A stretch of DNA of 64,000 bases, taken from the NCBI GenBank assembly GCA_965644315.1, contig CBFFRQ010000030.1:434001-498000 (forward strand), in the 5' to 3' direction. Within the stretch, counting starts at the first letter, position 1; every line of letters begins with the position of its first letter. Below, piece by piece: positions 23,285 through 34,930 of this stretch. Below the pieces are notes generated by a model, which was given only the letters and a program-made list of their open reading frames with translations, was not told the DNA's origin and made no database searches. The DNA is from Caecitellus pseudoparvulus. Taxonomy: Eukaryota > Protista > Bigyra: Bicosoecida. The translations under genes were made by a program, and so were the position numbers.

Positions 23285-23628
23285 TGGATGTGTGGCATTT
23301 GAAGAAATGTATTGTTTCATCGTCGCACTGGCACGCCCCAAAAGCGCGCGTTGGACGCTGGCAAGCGCACGGAATCAAGGCCAATGGTTTGTGCTCTTTG
23401 GCGGGGTCACCACTGCCAGCGGCCAAGCACGCAAGTACAGACATCTGTCAAACTCAACCTCCGAGAATTGGGCACATCTCACGTTGTGCACTTTCAGGAA
23501 GTGCAGCTGCAGGGCTGTGGCTCCCGCCTTGCCGCGTGTGGACAGTGTGCGCACACCTGGCAGGTCCAAAGACCGCAGGAAGCCGCTGTGGGCGTGTCCA
23601 GCTCTGACCAGGACAAGCACAGGCGAGA

Positions 23629-25698
23629 ATGGTTCGCGCAATTGCTGGTGTGCTGCTGGCAGCCGCTTTGGGCGCGGTGCTGGGAGACGAAGACACCCAC
23701 ACAGTGCGTGCCTTGGCGGTCGGCGCTTTCCCGGCAGTTCACTGCACCAATCCCGCCTCGCCACACAGTACTCGGATGGCGAGCCAGTCACGCTGTGGCT
23801 GAACAAGATTGGACCGTACCACAACCCCATGGAGACTTATTCCTACTATGACCTTCCCTTCTGTGCCCCGGAGAACCGGCTGAAGCCGCACACAAAGTAT
23901 GCTGGCTTGGGGGAGGTGCTGGAAGGCGTGGAGTATGTGAACTCGGACTTGGCCATCAACTTCAAAGGTGAGCCCAGCACGTCGCCTCCATGCATCAAAT
24001 CAAATAGCCTCCGGCCCAGGCAAGCTACAGGGCGCCCTGCGCCGTCCACGTCCACGTGGCTGTGGCGCTCGCCTTTCAATTGCCGCACCTGCCGACGCGC
24101 CTACCGCAGAGCCCGTGTCCCACACCATGTACTGCGACATCTCCATGACTGAGGACGACGCACTGTATTTCAAGTACGCCATCGAGAACCACTACTGGTA
24201 CCAGATGTACGTGGATGACCTGCCCGTGTGGGGCATGGTGGGGGAGTTGGTGGACGCACAGGGACACCACATCCCCGACGCCGCGTCCGAGGGGCAGGGC
24301 CTCGCGCCACAGGGCGTGGATGTGGACGCCAAGACCACCGCCGGCGCACTGGGCGCGACTCCGCTCCTGTACACGCACCTCTCCCTGTCCATCGGCGTCA
24401 ACGGCAACCAGATCGTGGAGGTGAACCTCACGGCTGAGGCGCCCGTGCGCATCTCCGCCGGCACTGTCGTCCCCTTCAGCTACAGCGTGGCATGGGAGGA
24501 GACGGACAAGCCCTTCGCGACGCGCTTCAGGCGGTACCTGGACAACAACTTCTTCGAGCACAACATCCACTGGTTCTCCCTCTTCAACGCCTTCATGCTG
24601 GTGGTGCTGCTGGTGGGCGTCGTCGCCCTCATCCTCCTGCGCACCCTGCGCAACGACTACTCCAGGTACATGCGCCCCGACGACCACGACGTGGAGGCCC
24701 TGACCTCTGTGGCAGGGGAGGAGGGCGGTTGGAAGCAGGTGCACGGGGACGTCTTCCGGCGCCCGCCCCGGGCCCAGCTGCTGGCGGCCTTACTGGGCTC
24801 TGGCTTCCAGCTCCTGCTCATGCTGCTGGTGGTGCTGGTGGTGGCTGTCCTCGCCACGCTGCACTGGTATGAGCGGGGCACGCTGACCAACATCATCCTG
24901 ACCGCCTACGCCTTCACCTGTGCCGTGGCTGGGTACGTCAGCGGCGCCTGGTACAAGCGCCAGTTCTACCCCAACAAGTCCCCAGCCTGGATCAGCGTGA
25001 TGCTGCTGACAGCGTCCCTGGTGCCAGGCTCCGCCCTAGGCACCCTCATGCTCCTGAACACGGTGGGCATGGTATACGGCACCATCTCCACCCTGCCAGT
25101 GGGCATCCTCTTCTCCTTGTTCGTGGTGTGGGCGGTGGTATCCCTGCCCCTCGTGGCAGGGGGCACGTACGTCGGGCGGCACTTGGGCGGCAAGACGCCC
25201 CCTGCGCAGCGCGTGCACGAGGTGGCGCGCCCCCTGCCCAAGGGCCGGGCGTGGTGGATGTCCCCCGCCTTCTTGACGCTGGCGGGCGGCCTGCTGCCTT
25301 TCGGCGCCATCTTCGTGGAGGTGTACTTCGTCTTCACCTCCTTCTGGAACTACAAGTTCTACTACGTCTACGGCTTCATGCTGCTGGTGGTGGTGATGCT
25401 GCTCATCGTCGTCGCCTGCGTCTCCGTTGTGACCACCTACCTGCAGCTGAACAGTGAGGACTGGCGGTGGCAGTGGCTGGCCTTCGCCTCTGGCAGCAGC
25501 GTCGCGGTGTATGTCTTCGGCTACGCTGGCGTGTACTTCTTCTTCCGCACGTACATGTCCGGCGTGCTGCAGATCGCGTACTACTTCGGCTACTCGGCCC
25601 TGCTCTGCCTCGCCCTGGGCATCACCCTGGGCTCGGTGTCCTACTTCACAGCGTCGGCCTTCGTCAAGGCCATCTACGCAGGGGTGCGCCTGGAGTAG
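23629..25698 (+). CDS. TM9SF3: Transmembrane 9 superfamily protein (TM9SF3/EMP70-like nonaspanin)
   Basis: Exons 23629-23703, 23769-23967, 24110-25698. Signal peptide, NKIGPYHNPMETYSYY, YQMYVDDLPVWG, IHWFSLFN, GWKQVHGDVFR, nine TM helices. Confidence 0.92.
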
Positions 25699-25792
25699 CG
25701 GCGCAGCTCCTGCCACCGTCGCAATGCAACCATGCCAGTGCCAGCAAGCAGTGGGCGGTGTGGGGAGGGGGGCTGTGCGAGCAGCATTGCAT

Positions 25793-26151
25793 TTACTTCA
25801 ACAGCTTCCACAGCTTGGGGGCCACCTGTGCAGGGGCGCGGGGAGGCGCGGCGCGGTGCCCACCATGCACCAGGAAATACGCAGCCCACGCCACCATCAC
25901 GTACACAGTGGTCCACACAGTGCCAGTAGTCGAAGGCCCACGGCTGGCAGTCGCCCTCGCCCTTCTTGGCCACCCGCTCAGTGCAGGCGGTGTACTGTGC
26001 CCACTGCTTCTTGCAGCTGGAGTGGCACTGCTTCTCCAGGGCGCCCTTGGGGTCAACAGGCTCGTCAGCCTGCGGAAAAAGCGCCCACAGCATTGCCCGT
26101 GCGCCCTGCTGCACGAGCTGGGAGGGGAGCACGAGCCCTCGTCCTCACCAT
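25793..26151 (-). CDS. QCR6: Cytochrome bc1 complex hinge subunit (QCR6/UQCRH)
   Basis: Exons 26151-26149 (ATG only), 26069-25905, 25825-25793 give MADEPVDPKGALEKQCHSSC...CTERV...DCQPWAFDYWHCVDHCVAPKLWKLLK, with the conserved Cys pattern. Confidence 0.92.
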
Positions 26152-26476
26152 TGTGAAAGAGGCAAAGGGGTAGATGCGTCCTGAACAGCGTGTGCTGCGT
26201 GTCGCAAGGCCTGTGGTTGGCAGGGGCGTGCGGTGTGAAAGGGTGCTGAGGGGCAGGCCTATTTCCGCTCCAGGCCACCGCAGCAGCACGGCGCACGCAC
26301 GACAGCCTAGAAGCGGGGGAGGTGAGGTGGTCGAGGGGAGGACGGTTGTGTTGGAGTGCACCGCGTGCTGACCGCCTCAAGGCAGCCGGGTCAAGACCCC
26401 CCCAATCCACACACGCAAGCCGTGTGCCATGCTGTCACAGGGCGAGGAACATGGTGTGATTGCATTGCACAGAAGC

Positions 26477-27686
26477 TTACTCAGCAGCCTCGGTGGGCTT
26501 GAACTCGCCAACAACAACAGCGTGGTCACGCTCATAAGGCTCCAGCGTCAGCTGCTCCGCAGGCTTGAGGCCGGCCTTGGCCAGCTTGTTGCGCTCGGCG
26601 GCGAAGACCGCCTCCGGCTTGGAGGTGGAGTCAATGCAGGAGGCCTTGATGGAGATCATGTAGTGGCCGCCGCTCTTGAGGAAGTGCTGGGAGTTCAGGG
26701 CGACAATGCGGGCCTGGTCGGGCTGGGCGACGTCAGCGAAGACGACATCCACCATGCCCACCAACATGCGGTACTTCAGGGGGTGGCGAGCATCCTCGAT
26801 GATGGGGATGACGTTCGTGCGGTTCTTGGCCATGTTGATCAAGTCGCGGCCAGAGCGGTGGGAGAACTCCACGGCGTACACGGTGCCCTCGGGGCCCACG
26901 ACGTCGGAGACGTGGGACACCGTGGTGCCGCTGGCTGCGCCCAGGTACAGGACCTTCTTGCCAGGGCCAATGTACACGTTGCCGATGCCGCCCAGGATGG
27001 CAGCTGCGATCTTGGATCGGAAGGGGTTCCACATGCGGTACTCCAGCTTGTTGCCGTCGGCGCCCTGTGGGGAGGAAGAGCCAGCGGAGGTGTGCGTGCC
27101 TGCGCCAGGCATGGCCGGAAGCACGCGCCGACGCACGTCAACCTTGACGACCTTCTCGCCGTACACAGTCTTGCCAGGGGTCATGTTCAGGGTCACAAGA
27201 GCGTCCTCCTTGCCACGAGCGATGAAGATGCCCTCGTGCCTGGGGTGGAGAAGGGCGGGAGTGTGCGGCGCGGCAATTGGGGGGGGGTGTTCGGGGCCGC
27301 CTGCCAAGGCTGCACAGCACGCACCTGTGGGGCTCAATGACTGTCTTGGCGCCGCCACGGAATCCACCACTGTAAAGGAAGGTAGGGGTGAGTGCAATGC
27401 GGCGGTGCGTGCGCGCAGGCGGTGCGCATGGCGCCTGCAGCTGCTGGTCTGCTGGCGTGCTGGGTTCACTCACCGGCCGCCGCCGCCACGCCCACCTCGG
27501 CCGCCACGCCCACCTCGGCCGCCACGCCCACCTCGGCCACCACCACGGCCACCACCGCGCCCGCCGCCTCGGCCGCCGCCGCGCCCACCGCGGAAGCCAC
27601 CTCGCCCACCGCGCCCACCGCCTCGGCCTGCGGAAGTACAGAGTGCACGATGAAACGCCGGCTGCTACAGGCGCACGCAGCGGCAT
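26477..27686 (-). CDS. FBL: Fibrillarin (rRNA 2'-O-methyltransferase) with N-terminal RGG/GAR domain; several introns
   Basis: [74 protein letters not shown]. Confidence 0.95.
27473..27628 (-). repeat. Coding tandem repeat (18-nt unit GGCCGCCACGCCCACCTC on the + strand) encoding the fibrillarin RGG tract
   Basis: About three near-perfect units plus degenerate copies; reads RGGRGG on the minus strand. Confidence 0.85.
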
Positions 27687-28273
27687 TCAGGTTCGTGGGA
27701 CAAGTCCAAAGTGTTGCACTCACCACGGCCACGTCCACCGAATCCGCTCATTGTGCTAGAGCCGCTAAAAGGCAAGGTCTGCAGCTAGCCTGGTGCAGGC
27801 GAGGTGCAGAGCAAAATCCGCAGGAGGAACCTGGGAAAGGCTGAATACCAGTGCTGCGCTGTGGCCAGTGGACACAATGCGCAGAGTATTGAAGCATTTG
27901 AAAGTGTTAAGAGAGGCGAGTTCCTGGTTCTGAGTGCTGCTGGGCTCCAGATGGAAGTGCTGGCGGAGGGGGGGTGCAAAGTGAACACCCTTTGCTGCAG
28001 CCTGCTGCAGGTGTGGTGGAGGGCAGGGCACATCTGTCGCCATTTCTGGCAGGCATACGCAACCCTTAGGTTGTATAGGGCGGAGTACATGGCATGCTGA
28101 ATGTATCCTGCTTGTGAAACGGGAACTGCAGCTGCCGAGCCGCTCGTCATAGCCGCCTTCACCGAAGGCTGCGTTTCCCTTCACACTGGCGCTGCCGTGC
28201 CGGACCCACCACGTGTGAAGCGGGCGAAGAGCAGAGGAGTGGGATCACCTTCCCTGCGCCTTTCTTTTTCGGC

Positions 28274-29530
28274 ATGGGATGTGCAGCGTCGGTGCATGGT
28301 GCGCAACGCACGTGCAGACCAGCGTTTGCCAACGCCAACGTTGACCCGCCCCCGAAATTCCGCAGCAAACAAGGCGGCAGACGCCTCGAGAACGAAGCGC
28401 GGTGAGTGGCAGCCTTGTGAACAATGCTGAGACTGTCTGTGCGCACGTTTGGAGCTCCGTGCTGCGGCAGGAAGGTCGCCATCAGCTGGAGAGCCGGGTG
28501 AAGGGTGCGGCCTACCGCGACGCGCATGGTCAATAGCAGCTCGCTGCGCACAACCTGAGCTCTTCCGTACAGGACTGCAATAGGAGGCGATGAGGAGGAA
28601 ACACATGTGGACGAGGCACTGCTCACACTGGAAAAGGAGCCAGAGCCAGGCGGCTGCACAGCGGCAGCGCTGCCCATCGTCTTCAGCTACGCGTCTTTGG
28701 AGGGCAGAGACAAGGACAGGCAGCCGCTGGACAACCAGGATAACATCGCTGTCAAAGACATCCTTGGGGGGCAAGCAGATATGCTGGCTGCCGCCGTCAT
28801 GGACGGACACGGACCTCACGGAGCAGCCGCCGCAAAGTTCGTGGCCCAACGCATCTGCGAAGCAGTGGCCAGTGAAATGGGCGACAAGGGCGGGAAGCAT
28901 GCCGTTCATGAAGCATGCCTGGCTGTGAATCAGGACTTGAGCATTTCAGATATCGATGTGTACGTTTCAGGCTGCACCTGCTGCCTCGTCCTCTTGCAAG
29001 GACACCAGTTGACGGTGGCAAACGTTGGCGATTCGGGAGCGGTGCTGGGCCGGGCACAGGGTGAGGGCGCAGATGCAGAGATCGAAGCAGTTCCCCTGAG
29101 CGCTGCGCAAAAGGCTGCGCGCCAAGATGAGCGCACCCGGCTGCTGAAGGCTGGCGCCCGCGTCTTCCCCTGGGGCGTGCAGCGCGTGTGGTTGCAAGAC
29201 GTGGACCTGCCTGGTCTCACACTCTCCCGCAGCTTCGGTGACTTGGCTGCGGAGAGCGTTGGGGTCTTTGCAGAGCCTGAAGTTCAGGAGGTGGCGCTGA
29301 GTGCAAGCGACAAGTTCCTCATCGTCGCAAGCGATGGCGTGTGGGCTGTGCTGGGCCCGGAGGAAGCATGCAAGACCGTGCAGGACAGCCTCCGCGGCGG
29401 CGACCCGCACGAAGCTGCTGAGGCGCTGTGTGATGAAGCCCGTAAACGGTGGAATGAAGATGAAAAGCTAATGGACGACATCACCGCCATCGTGGCGTTC
29501 CTGTATTTTGGGCAGGATGAAGCTGGGTAG
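28274..29530 (+). CDS. Protein phosphatase 2C (PPM family) with N-terminal MGC acylation motif
   Basis: NQD, MDGHG, SGCT, ANVGDS, LSRSFGD, ASDGVW, DDIT. Three phase-compatible 5' introns give MGCAASVHANKAADASRTKRGRSPSAGEPGEGTAIGG. Confidence 0.9.
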
Positions 29531-29597
29531 TAAGTAAGTCACCGGCTGGTTGGGCTGCTGGCTGAGCAAGTGGGGAGCGATCGTCAGCAAGGACAAC

Positions 29598-32500
29598 CTA
29601 CTGCTGCACGCAGTCCGCCGCGGGACCGTCACGGGCCTGAAAAGACCCCATCAAGCCAAGCAGCGCTTGTGGATGAAGGGTTGGGGTATGCCCTGCTCCC
29701 GAGGGAACCCGTATGTTGACCGCCAATGACTCGCGGTCGGTGTCAATAAACCGTGCCTGTGGATGCGAAGTCGGGCTGCGTCGACCCCACAACCGCCAGG
29801 ATGAAGCGATACCGGAGGTAGCGAGAAGCGGCATGCTGGGGTGGGGCTGGACGCAGTTGACGATGTGGTCGTCGGCGTCCACAGCCCCCATCAAGAGCCC
29901 TGTCAGCGTGTCCCAAATGAACGCCTTGCCGTCATCAGACCCTGCAACGACCCAGCCATCACGTCCCAAGGACAGGACATGCTGCAGATCTGGAGCAGCG
30001 CCGTGTCGCGCGCTTTGGTGCGTGCTCAGATGGGGCAGCTTGGGTTTGGCGCGGCGAGGGCCCCAAAATACTGCCTCCTTGATATCCGTCTCGCTATTCC
30101 TGGCTCCGATGTAGCACCCAGTGCGCAGTTGGGCTGTTGCCTGCGAGACAAGCCGCTCAACATCCGCATCGTCCCCGGTGCCAGAACCATCGGCCACGTG
30201 CCCTGTCAGTGCGACAATTGGCATGCTGCCCCCGCGGGAAGCGAAGCGAGTGCGAACCATGGGGAAAACCTCCTTTGGGACGGGAGCTGCCGCTTCCTCC
30301 AGCAAGAATAATTCAGACTCGGGCTTGGCGACCGCGTCGCTGATCCCGGCCTCCAGGGCCGCCGCAATGGTAGCCATGTCATCCTCCGGCCTACAGAATG
30401 ACTCCAGCTCTGTAAGAGGGGCGATGGCGGAGTATCGACCGAATTCCTGCACGAACTCTGCTGTGTTGCTCAGAATCCTGCCGCTGACCGTCGCCTGAAG
30501 GCTCTTGTCCGCCTCCTCTGCAGCGGCACGTGCCAGCACAAGGTTGCTGGCAAGGTGCTCCTTTGCCTTCAACAAGACTAGACCAGCAGGGTGCTGACTT
30601 CCATCTCGGAAGGTGAGGGTGGGCTCCGTTCCCCACTTACTCAGTGCCTGGATAGCCGCATCCAGCTGTGTCGACAGCGCGGTTAGCGCGGACAGCAGCT
30701 CCTGGCAAACTCGCTTGGCCAGCGGTAGGTATGACATGTGCAGAAAGTGCCTGACGAGCAGGAAATAAGCATGCAGGTTGCCGGGACCATAGTCTATGGC
30801 TCGCAACGCAGCCGTGACACTGCTGTGCAGACGCGCGTGTTCGTCCTCTGCCGCAGCCTGCAGAGAGGCCAACGCACACCAACAGTGCGAGAGCACGACA
30901 AGGCACGCTTCATCGTCGGGACTGCGGGCCAAGGCGGCAGTGGCATGAGCAATGGCACGGAGCAGTGAATCCTCTGCCAGCCACAGCGATCCGGGGTGAT
31001 CCACTCTATCAGTGTCTATGCGCAGCACACGCTGGCTGTCCTCCCCACCCACGCCCGTGTGGGCGGCAGGGCTGCCTTCCCCGGCCTCACCATCGCTACT
31101 TCCATGCTCTGTCCTTGCCTCGACAGAGCCTCTGATGCCTACCAGCTCACATGCTTCCTTGAAGGCAGCTGCTGCTGCTGGCGGCATGTCGGGGATGATG
31201 GGTAGGTGCAGGGGAAACCTAGTCGTGGACGTAGGCAAGGCCACAGACGCCCAAGCTGGGTGAAGCAAGCGCGGGAAGGTGCCGGCATCCTCAAGATTCC
31301 CACCTGGAGGGATGCTGGCAAGGCGCTGGCACCAGTCAACGGCAAGCTGGAGTGCATCCGAAGCGGGCAGCCGCGTATCTTTGTCACCGAACAGGAACCC
31401 ATGGTCACGGCAGGCAGACACCATCTCCAACGACTCGGCCCCCAGTTGTGCTGCTGCAGCTTGTCCAGAAGGAGGGGGGGGGCTGGAGGGGACAGGGGGC
31501 GGTACGCCGGCTCCCCCTCGCCCTACACCCACGTCCACAGCGTGATGCAGGGCGTCATCAGCAGCTGCAGCAGCTACATCCACGCTCAGATCGTGCGGGT
31601 GAGCAAATGCGTCAAAAGAATACACATGTGCGTTGCTGTAGTTTGAGATGATGCGCTGGCCGCTGTCATCCCAGGCGATGTGGGTGCCGTACGCCTTTGC
31701 GTACTGCGCACGGTGCGGACTGCGGGCGCCGGCCTTTTCCATGAAGAAGCTCATGGGCACAGTATCAAAAGGTGCGAACCGTGCAAACGCCCCCTCCACA
31801 TCCGGTGCCGACCCCTTTACGAACACTTCTGAGGGGATGATACTGCGCGGCATGTGTCTCGGCAGGTACCGCCTGTCCAACACACGGCAGAAGCCATCCT
31901 TGGCAGAGATGGCCAGGAAGTTTGGATTCACGGGATTGCACGCCACTCCCGTGAGGGGTCTCAAACCCGGGTAATAGCCTTCAAGGATGGGGTCCGCGAT
32001 GTCCAGCGGGGCTTCGGGGGACCGAAGGTCAATCTGCAACAGCCGGCCGTCGTCGCCAGCAGACCACAGCATGTTCGGGTCCAGTGGCGCCACCTCCAGG
32101 GCCTTGGCCGAACTTCTGTGGCTGTACAGTACGCGTGTCGCCACCTTCCCCGGCCTCGCACCAACTTCCGCTCGCAGGCGATGCTGGGCGGCGGGGGAGC
32201 CCTGGCGGCTCATGGTGTGCAGCTGCACTTGGCCGTCCATGGCGCAGGAGGCAATGATGTCATCCCCAGAACACGGCATGAACTGCACTCCAAATATGTT
32301 TTGGTGGTGCTCTGTGTGCACGACTGCACGAGGCCGCATGGAGGGCGAGACAGCGTCGGCGGCGTAGCTGTAGTCGCTGTCTTCCTCATCCACTTCAGGC
32401 CGCAAGCCACCGCTTGGGTCCCAGCCCCACACGATGAGACGCAGGTCATCGGAGCCTGACAGCAGCAGGGATCCGTCTGCATTCCACTTCATGCGGTTCA

Positions 32501-32634
32501 CACACCCCTGGAGTCGAGAAAAACGAGCAGGGGGTGCTTCAACGCGGTCCCCGTTTCGTTCGCGTTTCACGCACTTCGTGGAAGTCCATGGCGCTATGGC
32601 AAGCCATGTACCGAAGATCCATCCCAGACGCCAT
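29598..32634 (-). CDS. WD40 + TPR protein, WDTC1/DCAF-like (probable CUL4-DDB1 substrate receptor)
   Basis: FHE|GCVNRMKWNADGSLLLSGSDD (joined across an intron), HHQNIFGVQF, TPR-like AALRAIDYGPGNLHAYF, YIGARNSETDIKEAVFWG, AGSDDG, IVNCVQPHP...LATSGI. Start approximate. Confidence 0.82.
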
Positions 32635-33096
32635 AATGGATTGCCAAATGATGTGATTGGGGCTCCTCTACCTCTCACGGTCCCCACCGTCGTGCTGAGG
32701 TCAAGCGCACGCAGCCCCAGCCCTGCGCCGGGCGCAACCTGTTTGAGGCAGTGCCAGCTACGCTGCCGAAGCGTGTCGCAGTCGCGCGCAGCTTGGGCTG
32801 TTGGGAAGTGCCTTGGGGGAGTTTGAATTGATGTGAGCCTGGCCGCTTGTTCACAGGCCCCCCTGGATCAAACTGTTCTTAGGGACAGACGCAGAGTTTG
32901 GCGTGGTGGCTTCTACACAGCAATGTTGCGCCTGGCAGAACAATGGGCCGCACTCAAGCCTCACACATACTGTCGAAAGGCACAATTTAGCCACCCCATA
33001 CCATCTTCAGACCCAAGGTTCCTCCCCGACCTTGCACTGTTTCACTCCCTTGCCCCCGTTCCCCTTCCGCCAGCCTCTCGTTGCCGTTGGTGTACC

Positions 33097-34893
33097 ATGC
33101 TTTCGTGGGCTACCAGGATGGCTGCAGCACCAGCTCGGGCTGCTGCAGCGGCGCCCACCACACAGGTCGGAAGCCGAGGTGTGTCTTGGGTAGTGATGTG
33201 TGTGCTTTGCTCGTGCATGCCCTCACACGCCACCTTCGCCACGGCTCCACAGGCCTAGGACAGATCACGAAGGACACGCTAAATCCGCTCCTGCTCCAGG
33301 TAAGCCTGCGTGCCGACTGCGCAGCGCCGCGGCACGATCTTGCGCGCGCCAGCAGTGGAGTGTTGTTTTATCAAAGTTTTCTTCACTTTTCTGTGTGCTG
33401 GGGGGTACTGCTGCGCCCTGCGCCGGTGGCAACGCAAGTTCACAGCACACCCCACGCCTGGCATGCAGGCCGAGTACGCCGTGCGCGGCAAGATTGTCAT
33501 CCGGGCAGACGAGCACGCGACGGCCCTGGCCAAGGGCGAAGAGCGCCCCTTCAAGAAGATCATCTACTGCAACATCGGGAACCCCCAGCAACTGGGGCAG
33601 AAGCCCCTGACATTCCAGCGCCAGGTGGCGGCGCTGGTGAACCACCCTGCGCTGCTGGAAGCAGACCCCGCCGCGCTTGGAGCCCTGTTCGCACCTGACG
33701 CCGTGCAGCGTGCCAAGGACTACCTGGCGTCCATCCCTGGTGGTGTCGGGGCGTACTCGAACAGCCAAGGTGTGCAGGTCGTGCGGGAAGAAGTGGCAGC
33801 CTTTCTGCAGAAGCGCGACGGGCATGCGGCACACCCGGAACACATCTACCTCACGGATGGCGCGTCACCTGCCGTGCAGATGTGCCTGTCCAGCATCATC
33901 CGCAACAGTGATGACGCGGTCATGATCCCGCTGCCGCAGTACCCTCTGTACTCCGCCGCCCTTGCCCTGTACGGTGGCTCCCCCTGTGGCTACTACCTGA
34001 CTGAGGAGACCAACTGGGGTCTGACTCTGGACTCCCTGACCAAGGCATACGAGGAGGGTGTCGCTGCCGGCAAGAATGTGAGGGCGCTGGTGGTGATCAA
34101 CCCCGGCAACCCCACGGGCGGCGTGCTGAGCGTGGAGGACATGCAAGGCATCGTGCAGTTCTGCGTGGACAAGGGGCTGGCTCTCATGGCCGATGAGGTG
34201 TACCAGGAGAACATCTGGGCGGAGGGCGCGACCTTCACCTCCTTCAAGAAGGTGGCCGCGGACATGGGCCTGGTGGACCCCTCGGACGTGAGCGGGTCCA
34301 AGTCCAAGCTGCAGCTGGCGTCCTTCCACTCCGTGTCCAAGGGCTTCCTGGGTGAGTGTGGGCGCCGGGGTGGGTACGTGGAGGTGGTCGGCTTTGACCA
34401 GGGCGTGCGGGAGCAGCTGTACAAGATGGCCTCCATCTCCCTCTGCTCCAACCTGACGGGGCAAATCACCACGGGGCTCATGGTGAACCCGCCAAAGGAG
34501 GGCGCCCCCTCCCATGCTCAGTACGAAGAGGAGAAGGGCGCCATCCTCGCCTCCCTCAAGCGCCGCGCACAGACCCTGGCAGAGGGCCTGAACGCCATGG
34601 AGGGCGTCACCTGCCAACCACCCCAGGGCGCCTTGTACGCCTTCCCCAGCATCGTCCTGCCGCCCAAGGCGGTGGCGGCAGCTGAGAAGGAGGGCGTGGC
34701 GGCGGATGCCATGTACTGCATGCGCCTGCTGGATGCGACGGGCGTCGTGGTGGTGCCTGGCTCTGGCTTCGGGCAGGTGGAGGGCACCTTCCACTTCCGC
34801 ACCACCATCCTGCCGCCTGAGGAGGAGATCGCGACCGTCGTCGAGAGCATGCAGGCCTTCCACAAGGACTTCCTGGCTGAGTTCGCGGAGTGA
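33097..34893 (+). CDS. ALT: Alanine aminotransferase (PLP-dependent), probable mitochondrial presequence
   Basis: AEYAVRG, CNIGNPQ, GAYSNSQG, INPGNPTG, ADEVYQEN, SFHSVSKG (PLP lysine), VVPGSGFGQ. Spliced N-terminus MLSWATRMAAAPARAAAA. Confidence 0.93.
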
Positions 34894-34930
34894 TGCCGTT
34901 TCCCCCCCCGCCAATGCATTGCGCCGTGCC

